Part shown: piece after piece, positions 27,969-37,780 of the stretch
Layout of the letters: every line of letters begins with the position of its first letter
Position numbering within the stretch: the first letter of the stretch is position 1
From: an uncultured Alistipes sp.
GTDB taxonomy: Bacteria > Bacteroidota > Bacteroidia > Bacteroidales > Rikenellaceae
Reading direction: 5' to 3'
DNA length: 59,012 nt
NCBI GenBank assembly: GCA_900769745.1
Contig: CAAGHX010000187.1
Location: forward strand, 1 to 59,012
Made by a program: the position numbers and the translations under genes
The notes under the pieces: model-generated
Database searches by the model: none
The model's input: only the letters and a program-made list of their open reading frames with translations
Told to the model about the DNA's origin: nothing

Positions 27969-30065
27969 ATGAACAGAGATTACAAGATATTTTCAGCTCG
28001 CTCGCTGCGTGCCATAACGGCGGGTGTGGCGTTGCTCTTTTCGGGAGCATTTCTGAGCCGATGTGCCTCGATTGGTCAGCTCGATGGTGGCCCTTACGAC
28101 ACGTTGCCACCCGTTGTGCTGGGTATCTATCCCCACAACTACTCGACCAACTTCAAGGATAAGCAGATACGTTTCGACTTCAACGAGTATGTGCAGGTGA
28201 AGGACCAGCAGAAGGAGCTCTTCACATCGCCAATGATGAAGAAGCCCACAATCACGCTGCGTGGCAAGAGCCTGATTATGGATTTGAAGGCCGACACGCT
28301 GAAGCCCAACACCACCTATGCCATTGAGTTTGGCTCGACTGTGGCCGACAACAACGAGGGTAACCCGCTGCACGGCCTGCGTTATGTATTCTCGACAGGC
28401 GAGAGCATCGACTCGATGATTATCTCGGGCTACACCGAGAATAGCGAGACGGCCGACTCGCTGGGCAAGACCTTCATCTACTTCTTCGAGGCCGACTCGG
28501 TGGCTGAGCCAAAGGAGTGGGACTCGACGATGTTCAACTACACCCCATCGAAGATTGCACGCTCGCAGAACAACGGTATCTTCATTGCCCAGAACCTGCG
28601 ACCAGTGGATTACAGGGTTTATGCCTTCAACGACTCGAACGGCAACCAGATGTATGAGCCATCGGTGGATATGGTGGGTTTCATAGAGGGTGTTTACAAC
28701 CCCACGAAGCTGCCAGCCTTTGGTGTGTGGTACGATTCTATTCGTCGCTACCCATCGGCCGACCCACAGCTCTACTTCCGCCTCTTCAAGGACAAGAGCT
28801 TCGCTCGCCAGAGTATGCAAGATGCTGTGCGTCCCGAGCAGCACAAGGTGCTTATAACATTTGCAGCCGAGCACCCCATAATCAAGAGAATAGAGCTGAA
28901 TGGTATCCACCCCGACAGCATAATCTACGAGCCATCGGCAAAGGGCGACTCGCTCACGCTTTGGCTCAACCAGCGTTCGGCATCGTTGCCCGACTCGCTC
29001 GAGGGTCAGATGATATATATGAAGCACGACTCTTTGCGTCAGCTCCAGCCCGACACCACCAAGCTGCGCCTCAACTGGATGCGTACCGAGAGTAAGCAGG
29101 AGGAGCGTGAACGCGAGAAGATGGAGAAGGCACGCGCCAAGGCCGAAGCCGAGGGCGAGGAGTGGAAGGAGCCCGACAGACCTTCGCGATTTGCGTTCAA
29201 GGAGTTCAAGAGCAAGTATGAGGTGAACCCCGAGAAGCACTACGCCCTGAACTTCGCGACACCTCTCACACGTCTCGACACAGCCCGCATAAGACTACTC
29301 TCGTGGTCGGAGAAGGGCGACACCATAGCCGAGCCTATCACGCTGGAGCGTGACTCGGTGATGATGCGCAAATTCTATTTGAAGAGCAACTGGGACCCCA
29401 AGCGACAGTATAGCTTGCAGCTGCCCAAGGGTGTGATGCGTGACATTGCGGGCGAGCTCAACGACTCTATGGCAGCAAGCCTCACGGTGGCCGACATCGA
29501 GAAGTTCGCGATAATCAACCTCAACATCAAGGCTCGCAGCGAGGGTGCGCAGTATGTGGTGCAGTTTGTCGATGGCGAGAACAACAAGAAGATTATCCAC
29601 GAGGTGCGTAACCTGGGCGAGGGTAAGCACACGATAAACTACATCAGCGCCGGCGATATGCGTCTGCGCATTATCGAGGATTTGAACGGCAACGGCGAGT
29701 GGGACGGCGGTAATCTTGTGGAGCGTCGCCATAGCGAACGTGCGGAGTTCTATAAGAACGAGCGCGACGAGGAGATCTTCACCACCAAGACTGGTTGGGA
29801 GTTCGACATCACACTCGATATGAACCGAATCTTTGCGCCTGTGACAATGGAGCAGCTTATAGACATACTGGACAAACGCGAGGCGGTGCGCATAGTGAAG
29901 GCCGAGGAGCAGCGTCGCGAGGCTGAGCGCAAGAAGCAGAGCGAGGGTCACGGCCACAACCACGGCAGTGGCGGTATGATGGGTGGTGCCGGAGGCCTCG
30001 GAGGTATGATGGGAGGCGCCAGCGGAATGATGGGCGGTGCCGGCGGAATGCAGCAGGTACGATAG
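27969..30065 (+). CDS. Ig-like-domain (Big_5-like) lipoprotein with His/Gly-Met tail
   Basis: RCASIGQLDGGPYDTLPP, FNEYV, LKPNTTY, DNNEGN, YVFSTG motifs; two DxNGN motifs. Confidence 0.82.
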   Translation: MNRDYKIFSARSLRAITAGVALLFSGAFLSRCASIGQLDGGPYDTLPPVVLGIYPHNYSTNFKDKQIRFDFNEYVQVKDQQKELFTSPMMKKPTITLRGKSLIMDLKADTLKPNTTYAIEFGSTVADNNEGNPLHGLRYVFSTGESIDSMIISGYTENSETADSLGKTFIYFFEADSVAEPKEWDSTMFNYTPSKIARSQNNGIFIAQNLRPVDYRVYAFNDSNGNQMYEPSVDMVGFIEGVYNPTKLPAFGVWYDSIRRYPSADPQLYFRLFKDKSFARQSMQDAVRPEQHKVLITFAAEHPIIKRIELNGIHPDSIIYEPSAKGDSLTLWLNQRSASLPDSLEGQMIYMKHDSLRQLQPDTTKLRLNWMRTESKQEEREREKMEKARAKAEAEGEEWKEPDRPSRFAFKEFKSKYEVNPEKHYALNFATPLTRLDTARIRLLSWSEKGDTIAEPITLERDSVMMRKFYLKSNWDPKRQYSLQLPKGVMRDIAGELNDSMAASLTVADIEKFAIINLNIKARSEGAQYVVQFVDGENNKKIIHEVRNLGEGKHTINYISAGDMRLRIIEDLNGNGEWDGGNLVERRHSERAEFYKNERDEEIFTTKTGWEFDITLDMNRIFAPVTMEQLIDILDKREAVRIVKAEEQRREAERKKQSEGHGHNHGSGGMMGGAGGLGGMMGGASGMMGGAGGMQQVR

Positions 30066-30092
30066 GCACAAAACAGAAGCTAAAGAGCAAAT

Positions 30093-30920
30093 ATGAGATA
30101 TATCACAAAGATTTTTACGCTGGTCGCAGCACTGCTTATGCTCGGCCAGAGTGCACAGGCACAACATACAGTCGGAGTGTTTGGAGGTACAGCATCGGCC
30201 ACAGCCCGATTCTTCCCCAAGCAGGAGATGAAGTCGATTTGGGGTCTTGGCAACTTCGGAGCGTCGTGGCGTTACTACTCGCTGCCCCGTTTTGTGGGTG
30301 CGGTGGGTGCCGACCTCGAGCTGTTGCAGCGAGGCTTCTCGTATGGCTACACCTACAAGACTTTCCTCGACGAGAAGGGTAACGAGCAACGCGAATATTC
30401 GTACTACACACGCCAGCTCAACTCGCTGATGCTGCCCCTGGTGTGGCAGCCCCACTTCTATATGGTCAACAACCACATAAGGGTTTACCTGGAAGCGGCC
30501 CTGACCTTCTCCTACAACTTTGGCGGAGATTACAGCTATAGCGACAAGGACGAGAGTGGCAAGTATGACTGGCGCATAGAGCGTGACAACCGCTGGAACT
30601 ATGGTTTGGCAGGTGGTGGAGGTATAGCGCTGCTGCTGGGTCGTTACGAGGTGGGATTTCGCGCACGCTACTACTACGGCTATGCCGACCTGCTGCGCAA
30701 CCGCAACAAGTATTACGACAACGCCACCGATGGGCCCGAGAATCCATTCTCGTACACACCTCTCAAGTCGCCCATCGACAACCTGACCTTCAACATCACC
30801 CTGGCCTACCGCTTCAACCCCGACGGCTTCTTGGAGTGGACCTACAAGCCTACCCGTCACCGAGGCGAGAAGCGCGAGTTTAAGTTCTCGAACGAGGGAG
30901 ATATGGGCAATATGAGATAG
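30093..30920 (+). CDS. outer-membrane beta-barrel protein (porin/PorT-like)
   Basis: Signal peptide; alternating aromatic strands (ARYYYG, LAYRF). Confidence 0.75.
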   Translation: MRYITKIFTLVAALLMLGQSAQAQHTVGVFGGTASATARFFPKQEMKSIWGLGNFGASWRYYSLPRFVGAVGADLELLQRGFSYGYTYKTFLDEKGNEQREYSYYTRQLNSLMLPLVWQPHFYMVNNHIRVYLEAALTFSYNFGGDYSYSDKDESGKYDWRIERDNRWNYGLAGGGGIALLLGRYEVGFRARYYYGYADLLRNRNKYYDNATDGPENPFSYTPLKSPIDNLTFNITLAYRFNPDGFLEWTYKPTRHRGEKREFKFSNEGDMGNMR

Positions 30921-30958
30921 CCCGCAAAACAATTATAGAAACAATAAAAACAGATAAT

Positions 30959-31306
30959 ATGGAACAAGTACAGACAACACGACAGCAGAAGATTGCACGA
31001 CAGATTCAGCGCGACATAGCCGAGATTTTGCAGAAGGAGAGCGGCCTCACACCTCGCGGCATAATGACAACCGTAACAACAGTGAGAGTATCGCCCGACT
31101 TTGCCTATGCGAAGGTATATTTCAGCATCTTCCCATTTGAGCGCAACTCAGAGGTGATGGAGGCCTTGGAGAAGAACAACTGGTTTATCCGCCGCGAGCT
31201 TGGCAAGCGCATCCGCAACCAGCTCAAGATTGTGCCCGAGCTGCAGTTCTTCCTCGACGACTCGTTGGAGTATATCGAGAATATCGACTCGCTGCTGAAA
31301 GAGTAA
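30959..31306 (+). CDS. rbfA: 30S ribosome-binding factor A
   Basis: VTTVRVSPD..AKVY and VPELQFFLDDS motifs. Confidence 0.96.
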   Translation: MEQVQTTRQQKIARQIQRDIAEILQKESGLTPRGIMTTVTTVRVSPDFAYAKVYFSIFPFERNSEVMEALEKNNWFIRRELGKRIRNQLKIVPELQFFLDDSLEYIENIDSLLKE

Positions 31307-31316
31307 AGGCGCAGCC

Positions 31317-31491
31317 AATTCAAAATTCAAAATTCAAAATTCAAAATTATTTTTTGAGTTTTGGAGTGTATAATTTTGGGTTTTGAATCGGATAATACAG
31401 TTTGAAAAAGATTGGATTTGGAATGGGTGCAGAGGAATCTTTGCATAAAGGAAAAATTCAATTTTGAATTTTGAATTTTGAATTTTGAATT
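31317..31491 (+). repeat. complete heptamer-bracketed element, short AT-rich subfamily
   Basis: Arrays at 31317..31348 and 31460..31491; interior homologous to 34320..34483 and 36555..36714. Confidence 0.92.
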
Positions 31492-32689
31492 ATTCATAGC
31501 TCGTCGTTATCTCCACTCGCGTGGGGCGCACTCGGTGATTAACCACATTGCAAGGGTTAGCATCGTGGCAATGGCTGTGCCCGTTGCAGCGCTGATTGTG
31601 GTGGTGTCGGTATTCAACGGCTTGGAGTGTATGGTAAGTTCGCTCTATCGTGCCATCGACCCCGACCTAAAGATTACGCCAGCCACAGGTACGACGCTCG
31701 CCATAGAGCAGCTGCCCTCGTCGGCGATAGCCGAAACCGAAGGTGTGGAGGCCTTCTCGTTCACTCTGGAGCAGGGCGCTATGGTGGAGTACAACGGCAG
31801 GCGAGCTATAGTGAAGCTCAAGGGCGTTGACCACAACTACACCCATACTCTGCCCATAGCCGAGCGTATTGCGGCGGGCGAGTTCAGCCTCGACGAGGGA
31901 GATATGGTGGTGGCAAGTGGCGTGATGAACGACCTGGGGCTCACGGTGAACAACCTCGGCAGCGAGGTGAGGTTGTTTGCCATAGACCGCACACGATTCT
32001 CTTCCATACTGCCCATAAGCGGCTACTCGATGCAGCCCAAGCGGGTGGTGGGAGCCTACAACATCGACGAGGATAACTCGCACGCAGCCATCATATCGCT
32101 CGGCGAGGCACAGCGATTGCTGCGTTACGATGGACGCATATCGCAGGTAGCCATCAAACTCAGCCCCGATGCCAACCCCGCACGTGTGGCCGAGCAGCTG
32201 CAGCAGAGCTTGGGCGAGGGTGTGAAGGTGCTCACGCGCGAGCAGAGCAACTCGCTCTACAGGCTTATGGCGCTGGAGAAGTGGGGCGTGTTTGGCATTG
32301 CGGCATTGGTGCTGCTGATTGCTTCGCTCTCGATTGTGGGCACGATAGTGATGGCGATGATCGAGAAGCGAGAGGATATGCATACTCTGCGCACGATGGG
32401 AGCCAGTGACAAGCTCATAGGCAAGATTTTCATCAGCGAGGGTGTGCTGATGGCGCTGCTGAGTGGAGTGTCGGGAGTGGCTGTGGGAGTGGGTCTCACG
32501 CTGCTGCAACAGCACCTGGGGCTGATTAGGCTCGATACCACTTCGCTGTCGTTCGATGCCTACCCTGTTGAGCTGAGGTGGGGCGATGTGGCGGCTACGG
32601 CTGCGGTATATGTAGCGATTGCGCTGAGTGTGATAGTGGCTACCGTGAGGGCTATGCTTCTTAGGGACAGGGCCAACAGAGCATTGTAG
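31478..32689 (+). CDS. LolC/E-type (FtsX-like) ABC transporter permease
   Basis: FIARRYL, VVSVFNG, EKREDMHTLRTMGA, IFISEG, AYPV motifs; TTG start falls inside the repeat. Confidence 0.88.
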   Translation: MNFELFIARRYLHSRGAHSVINHIARVSIVAMAVPVAALIVVVSVFNGLECMVSSLYRAIDPDLKITPATGTTLAIEQLPSSAIAETEGVEAFSFTLEQGAMVEYNGRRAIVKLKGVDHNYTHTLPIAERIAAGEFSLDEGDMVVASGVMNDLGLTVNNLGSEVRLFAIDRTRFSSILPISGYSMQPKRVVGAYNIDEDNSHAAIISLGEAQRLLRYDGRISQVAIKLSPDANPARVAEQLQQSLGEGVKVLTREQSNSLYRLMALEKWGVFGIAALVLLIASLSIVGTIVMAMIEKREDMHTLRTMGASDKLIGKIFISEGVLMALLSGVSGVAVGVGLTLLQQHLGLIRLDTTSLSFDAYPVELRWGDVAATAAVYVAIALSVIVATVRAMLLRDRANRAL

Positions 32690-32740
32690 AGGCCAAAGGC
32701 CACCTGCACAAAAAAAGAAAAAACGAGAGAAAAAGATTAT

Positions 32741-33613
32741 ATGAAGAGATTATTTACCATAATGCTGCTTGTTGCGATGGCGCTGCTGAGTGGTTGCCGC
32801 CGCCACAAGTTTATACCCGAGAGGGAGTTGGCTGCGATATTTCACGACGCTATGTTGGTCAACGCTTATGTGGGCTTGCAGGGAGTCGATATCGACTCGC
32901 TCAACATCTATGAGCCTATATTCGAGAAGCACGGCTACACGACCGACGATGTACGCTACACCATCACCAACTTCTCACGACGCAAGAATGCGCGACTGGG
33001 CGATGTGGCAGAGTATATGATTAAGCAGTTTGAGCTGGAGTCGCAGGCGCTGAAGCGTGAGGTGGCGAAGCTCGACACCATAAACAATGTGGCCGAGCGA
33101 CTGTTCCACACCACGCTGCTGCACGACACGACGGTGGTGATTCGTGGCAAGGCCGACACCTCGAAGCTGCACTACATCATACCTATCAAGGGCGAGGGAG
33201 TTTACGACTTCTCGTTCAGCTGCTCGATTGATGAGCCCGACAAGGTGCGAGGTCGTCGCCTGACTATGTATAAGATGCGTCGCGACTCGTCGAAGGTGCT
33301 GCTCTACCAGAACCAGCTCTACATCGACCATAGAAACAACTCGACAAACCGCCAGAAAATTGAGGCCGACCGAGATAGTAGCTTTGTGGCTTTCTACATA
33401 GATTTCAACGACCGCAAGCGTGTGGATGAGCGTGACCGTAACAAGCCCGCCCACCTAACGCTGCACGAGCTGAAGGTGGAGTTTCAGCCCCCAACCGAGG
33501 AGTGCATAAGGTTGCTCTTCAACGAGCAGACCAAGCTGCGCATATTCTCGGACACGATGCTTAGAGCCAACGAGCAGGCTGCTCAGCGGAGCAGGGAGGC
33601 CGCCCAAAAGTGA
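32741..33613 (+). CDS. DUF4296-like lipoprotein
   Basis: LSGC lipobox; IP..EL..IFHD, IFEKHGYT motifs. Confidence 0.7.
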   Translation: MKRLFTIMLLVAMALLSGCRRHKFIPERELAAIFHDAMLVNAYVGLQGVDIDSLNIYEPIFEKHGYTTDDVRYTITNFSRRKNARLGDVAEYMIKQFELESQALKREVAKLDTINNVAERLFHTTLLHDTTVVIRGKADTSKLHYIIPIKGEGVYDFSFSCSIDEPDKVRGRRLTMYKMRRDSSKVLLYQNQLYIDHRNNSTNRQKIEADRDSSFVAFYIDFNDRKRVDERDRNKPAHLTLHELKVEFQPPTEECIRLLFNEQTKLRIFSDTMLRANEQAAQRSREAAQK

Positions 33614-34311
33614 TGCGCCGAATAGCAGCACACTGGCTTCTGAATGATGGGCAGGTGATACCTTCGCCACTCATCACGCTCGATAGCGAAGGTAGAATTG
33701 TAGCCATCGAGGAGTGGGAACGCCTCGACAATCTGGCCCACACCGAGTTTTACGCTGGGGCGTTGGTGGCTGGATTGGTGAATGCACGCTGCCGAATAGG
33801 GTCGCAGCAGAGCGCTGATAACGAGCGGGTTATGCAGGCGGCCGATAGGAAGATGCAAGGAGAAGGTGTGGTGGCTGTGGGCTATGCTATGGGTGGCAAC
33901 GCCACGACAGAGTTGGCGAGCCAGAGCAAGATTATCTGTCGCACATTTAGGCCGATGGAGGATGCAAATTGTCTGCTTGTGCCACGCTCCGAGGGCGACA
34001 GTGCGGAGCTGAGCCGACGACTGGAGTTGCTCCGAAGCCAAGGTGCTGAGATTTGCATAGGCAGTGATGTGCTGGCCTCGAACGATGGACCCTCGATGTT
34101 AGCCGAGATGAAGCTACTGAGAGATGTGCCGCTGGCCGAGCTATGCAAGTGGGCCACCATAAACGGAGCCAAGGCGCTCGGCATGGATGGCGAGTTTGGT
34201 CGCATAGAGGTTGGCAGAAAGTGTGGCCTGGTGCTTTTGGAGGGCATCGCCCGCGACACCGACGGGGTGCTGAGGCTAAGTGAAACGACAAGTGCAAGGA
34301 GGCTGGCCTGA
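33610..34311 (+). CDS. degenerate amidohydrolase-family protein lacking the HxH metal motif
   Basis: GLVNARCR in place of G.VNAHCH; CIGSD.LASN and ATINGAKALG...GRIEVGRK retained; only 233 aa. Confidence 0.75.
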   Translation: MMRRIAAHWLLNDGQVIPSPLITLDSEGRIVAIEEWERLDNLAHTEFYAGALVAGLVNARCRIGSQQSADNERVMQAADRKMQGEGVVAVGYAMGGNATTELASQSKIICRTFRPMEDANCLLVPRSEGDSAELSRRLELLRSQGAEICIGSDVLASNDGPSMLAEMKLLRDVPLAELCKWATINGAKALGMDGEFGRIEVGRKCGLVLLEGIARDTDGVLRLSETTSARRLA

Positions 34312-34319
34312 GGCAGAAC

Positions 34320-34483
34320 AATTCAAGATTCAAAATTCAAAATTCAAAATTATTTTTTTGAGTTTTGATGATGGGTTTTGGATGGTAATATAGTTTAAAA
34401 TAAATTGGATTTAGAATGTGTAAAGATTTCTCTTTGCATCAAAGATAATCCAATTTTGAATTTTGAATCTTGAATTTTGAATT
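34320..34483 (+). repeat. complete heptamer-bracketed element, short subfamily
   Basis: Arrays at 34320..34351 and 34452..34483. Confidence 0.92.
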
Positions 34484-34495
34484 AAAAGATATACT

Positions 34496-35023
34496 ATGGA
34501 ACTGAAAAATATTTTGGATAAGCGTCGCAGCACTCGCAAGTTCAGCGACCGCAAGGTGGAGAAGCAGAAGCTCGAAACCATCGTAAATATGACTTTGCAG
34601 GCCCCTTCGTCACGCAACTCACGCTCTACACGTCTGTGGGTGGTGGAGCAACCTGAGTTGTTGCAGCACATTGCCGATATGCGCGACTACGGCTCGGCAT
34701 TCGTCAAGAACGCCGCAGCGGCAATCCTCGTGATGGGCGACAAGACAGCTACCGACCTTTGGATTGACAACTGCGCCATCTCGGCCACAATCCTGCAGAT
34801 GGCCATCGTTGACGAGGGATTGGCTTCGTGCTGGGTGCACGTGAACGACCGCCCTGTGCTGCGTGCCGAGCCCGAGGGTAAGAAGGCCGACGAGTTCCTG
34901 CGCGAGAAGTTGAACATTCCAGAGAACTACGGCATACTCTGCGCCATAGCTTTGGGTTACTCAGACTTTGAGCCTGCCGCATTGCCAGCCTACGAGGGCG
35001 AGGAGCGTGTGAAGTGGTTGTAA
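34496..35023 (+). CDS. nitroreductase family protein
   Basis: RRSTRKF, APSSRN, GLASCWV, IALGY motifs. Confidence 0.93.
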   Translation: MELKNILDKRRSTRKFSDRKVEKQKLETIVNMTLQAPSSRNSRSTRLWVVEQPELLQHIADMRDYGSAFVKNAAAAILVMGDKTATDLWIDNCAISATILQMAIVDEGLASCWVHVNDRPVLRAEPEGKKADEFLREKLNIPENYGILCAIALGYSDFEPAALPAYEGEERVKWL

Positions 35024-35056
35024 AAAAGTAAAGCAATATAAAAAACTCAAATAGAA

Positions 35057-35671
35057 ATGGAGAACAAGATAGTAAACTATAGCCGCGAGGATAGCTACGA
35101 TGCGGAGCGCATCGAGAAGCTCGCCTACCACTATCGCGAGATACTCTCGCTGCTGGGCGAGGACCCCGAGCGTGAGGGCCTCATAAAGACCCCCGAGCGA
35201 GTGGCAAAGGCTATGTCGTTCGTGACGAAGGGCTACTCGATAGACCCTGTGGAGATTATCAACTCGGCCATCTTCAACGAGGAGTATCAGCAGATGGTGC
35301 TGGTGAAGGATATCGAGATTTTCTCGATGTGCGAGCACCATATGATGCCATTTGTGGGCAAGGCTCACGTGGCCTACATCCCCAATGGTCGCATCACAGG
35401 ACTCTCGAAGATTGCACGTGTGGTGGAGTGTTATGCTCGCCGCCTGCAGGTGCAGGAGCGCCTGACGGTGCAGATTCGTGACTGCATACAGAAGGCTCTG
35501 AACCCGATAGGTGTGGCTGTGGTGATTGAGGCCAGCCATATGTGTATGCAGATGCGCGGTGTGGAGAAGCTCGGCTCTGCAACCACTACATCGGCCTTCA
35601 CAGGTGTATTCTTGAAGGACACTCGCACCCGCGAGGAGTTCCTCACACTCATCAGCAACAAGTATCGTTAG
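35057..35671 (+). CDS. folE: GTP cyclohydrolase I
   Basis: [40 protein letters not shown] motifs. Confidence 0.98.
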   Translation: MENKIVNYSREDSYDAERIEKLAYHYREILSLLGEDPEREGLIKTPERVAKAMSFVTKGYSIDPVEIINSAIFNEEYQQMVLVKDIEIFSMCEHHMMPFVGKAHVAYIPNGRITGLSKIARVVECYARRLQVQERLTVQIRDCIQKALNPIGVAVVIEASHMCMQMRGVEKLGSATTTSAFTGVFLKDTRTREEFLTLISNKYR

Positions 35672-35697
35672 AAAACTTATAAAAGAGAGTATAGATT

Positions 35698-36549
35698 ATG
35701 AAAAGAGTATTTTTTGTTGCGGCAATGATGGTTGCTGCACTCTCACTTTCAAGCTGCTTTGCCCCCGAGAACCAGATAAAGGTGATTTCGTATAACATTC
35801 GCCTCAGTGGCCTCGGTCACGCACGTGGTGTGGATGGCGTACACTACTGGGACAACCGCCGCCACGCATCAATCAATATGATTAACGACGAGAAGCCAAC
35901 CATCTTCGGCTTGCAGGAGGCTTGCTCGGACCAGATGGATTTCTTGGTGGAGAACCTGCCCGACTACGACCACATTGGTGTGGGTCGTGATGATGGTCAG
36001 CGCGCAGGCGAGTTTATGTCTATCTTCTATAACAAGGAGCAGGTGGAGCTGCTCGATGGCGGCACATTCTGGCTCTCGGAGACACCCGAGAAGGTGTCGC
36101 AGGGTTGGGACGCAGCGTGCCGACGCACCTGCACCTGGACTCGTATGCGTATGAAGGCTACGGGCGACGAGTTTATCTATCTGAACACCCACCTCGACCA
36201 TCGTGGCGCAAAGGCTCAGGAGGAGAGCATCAAGCTCATCATCGAGCGTGTGAAGCCTTACCTCGACGAGGAGTTGCCTATATTCCTTTCAGGCGATTTC
36301 AACGCTGTGCCCGAGAGCTCAATCTTCCCTCCACTTGCTGAGGTGATGGACAACTCACGCGACGTGGCCGAGGAGAGCGACTATCGTGGTACATTCAACG
36401 GCTGGAACACAGTGAAGACACCTACACTTATAGACCACATCTTCCTTCGCAATGCCGAGGCTTATTCGTTCAGAGTGTTGTGCGACAAGAACTACGGTGC
36501 ACCGCTGATTTCGGACCACTATCCAGTAGTATTGGAGGCAGGCTTCTAA
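35698..36549 (+). CDS. EEP family lipoprotein
   Basis: LSSC lipobox; SYNIR, GLQE, NTHLD, GDFN, IDHI, SDHYP motifs. Confidence 0.9.
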   Translation: MKRVFFVAAMMVAALSLSSCFAPENQIKVISYNIRLSGLGHARGVDGVHYWDNRRHASINMINDEKPTIFGLQEACSDQMDFLVENLPDYDHIGVGRDDGQRAGEFMSIFYNKEQVELLDGGTFWLSETPEKVSQGWDAACRRTCTWTRMRMKATGDEFIYLNTHLDHRGAKAQEESIKLIIERVKPYLDEELPIFLSGDFNAVPESSIFPPLAEVMDNSRDVAEESDYRGTFNGWNTVKTPTLIDHIFLRNAEAYSFRVLCDKNYGAPLISDHYPVVLEAGF

Positions 36550-36554
36550 CATTT

Positions 36555-36714
36555 AATTCAAAATTCAGAATTCAAAATTCAAAATTATTTTTTGGGTTTG
36601 AAAGCTGGGTTTTGAATTAAGCAATATACTCTAAAAGGAATTGGATTTAGAATGTATATAAAGATTTCTCTTTGCATCTAAGATAATCCAATTTTGAATT
36701 TTGAATTTTGAATT
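36555..36714 (+). repeat. complete heptamer-bracketed element, short subfamily
   Basis: Arrays at 36555..36586 and 36690..36714; ends 6 nt before the mrp ATG. Confidence 0.92.
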
Positions 36715-36720
36715 TCACTT

Positions 36721-37764
36721 ATGGAACAAAAAGTAAACGATATACTCGCGCAGATTGTTCATCCCGAGACCGAGCACAACATTGTTGAGGGCGGAATGGT
36801 GGAGTCGGTGACAGCTCGCGAGGATAAGATTGTGGTGGTGTTGCGATTCCAGAAGGCTCGTGACCCATTTGCAAATCGTATTAAGGCTATTGCCGAGAAG
36901 ATGCTCACCGAGGCGTTCCCTGCGGCGGCAGATAATATACTTGTGGCTATCAAGGAGGCTGCACCAAAAGCTCCACAGCCTAAGCGCGAGAGCACCACAG
37001 TGAAGGTGGGCAAGATTATCGCCATCGCCTCGGGCAAGGGCGGTGTGGGTAAGTCAACCGTTACGGCCAACTTGGCGCTCACGCTGCGTAATATGGGTTT
37101 CCGCGTGGGATTGCTCGATGCCGATATCTATGGTCCTTCGCAGCCCAAGATGTTTGGCGTGGAGGGTTATCTGCCCGAAGCAGTGCAGGAGGATGGTCAG
37201 GACTATATCATCCCAGCGCAGAGCCAGGATATTGAGCTGATGTCAATCGGTTTCTTTATCCAGCCCAACGACGCTCTGATGTGGCGTGGCGCGATGGCGA
37301 CAAGTGCGCTGAAGCAGCTTCTGCACCAGACTATGTGGGGCGGCTTGGACTTCCTTTTGATTGATATGCCTCCAGGAACGGGCGATATTCACCTCACTAT
37401 TCTCTCGGAGATTAAGCTCAACGGAGCGGTGATTGTATCGACTCCTCAGCAGGTGGCTGTGGCCGATGTGGTGCGTGGTGTGGAGATGTTCCGCCACGAG
37501 CAGGTGAATGTGCCAGTGCTGGGTGTTGTGGAGAATATGGCGTGGTTCACACCAAAGGAGTTGCCCGACAACCGCTACTACATCTTCGGCAAGGGTGGCG
37601 CGAAGAGCTATGCCGCCGAGGCAGGTGTTGACTTCTTGGGCGAGATACCGCTCATACAGTCGATTATGGAGGGTGGCGAGACAGGTACGCCATCGGTAGC
37701 TTCGGACACAGAGGTCGAGAAGTATTACCGCGCAATTGCCGAGAAGATTATCTGTAAGTTGTAA
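36721..37764 (+). CDS. mrp: Mrp/NBP35 (ApbC) Fe-S cluster carrier ATPase
   Basis: SGKGGVGKST, DADIYGPS, WRG, DMPPGTGD, VENM motifs. Confidence 0.93.
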   Translation: MEQKVNDILAQIVHPETEHNIVEGGMVESVTAREDKIVVVLRFQKARDPFANRIKAIAEKMLTEAFPAAADNILVAIKEAAPKAPQPKRESTTVKVGKIIAIASGKGGVGKSTVTANLALTLRNMGFRVGLLDADIYGPSQPKMFGVEGYLPEAVQEDGQDYIIPAQSQDIELMSIGFFIQPNDALMWRGAMATSALKQLLHQTMWGGLDFLLIDMPPGTGDIHLTILSEIKLNGAVIVSTPQQVAVADVVRGVEMFRHEQVNVPVLGVVENMAWFTPKELPDNRYYIFGKGGAKSYAAEAGVDFLGEIPLIQSIMEGGETGTPSVASDTEVEKYYRAIAEKIICKL

Positions 37765-37780
37765 GATACTATATTAAAAG

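Noticed and set aside
29295..30932. Long antisense ORFs (545 aa here; also 22833..24278, 27993..29240, 20779..21807)
   Set aside because: Shadows of well-supported genes on the opposite strand, with no recognisable motifs.
34320..34483. Apparent compensatory variant between left (GATTCAA) and right (TTGAATC) arrays
   Set aside because: The variants are offset by one unit and other copies show no such matching, so not counted as covariation.
31317..36714. Heptamer elements as a CRISPR array or integron attC sites
   Set aside because: Copies are dispersed between housekeeping genes, have no repeat-spacer periodicity or attC cores, and no cas or integrase gene is present.
36721..37764. Mrp lacking the CxxC after VENM
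   Set aside because: The ENMAWFTP.ELP form is, to my knowledge, normal in Bacteroidota.
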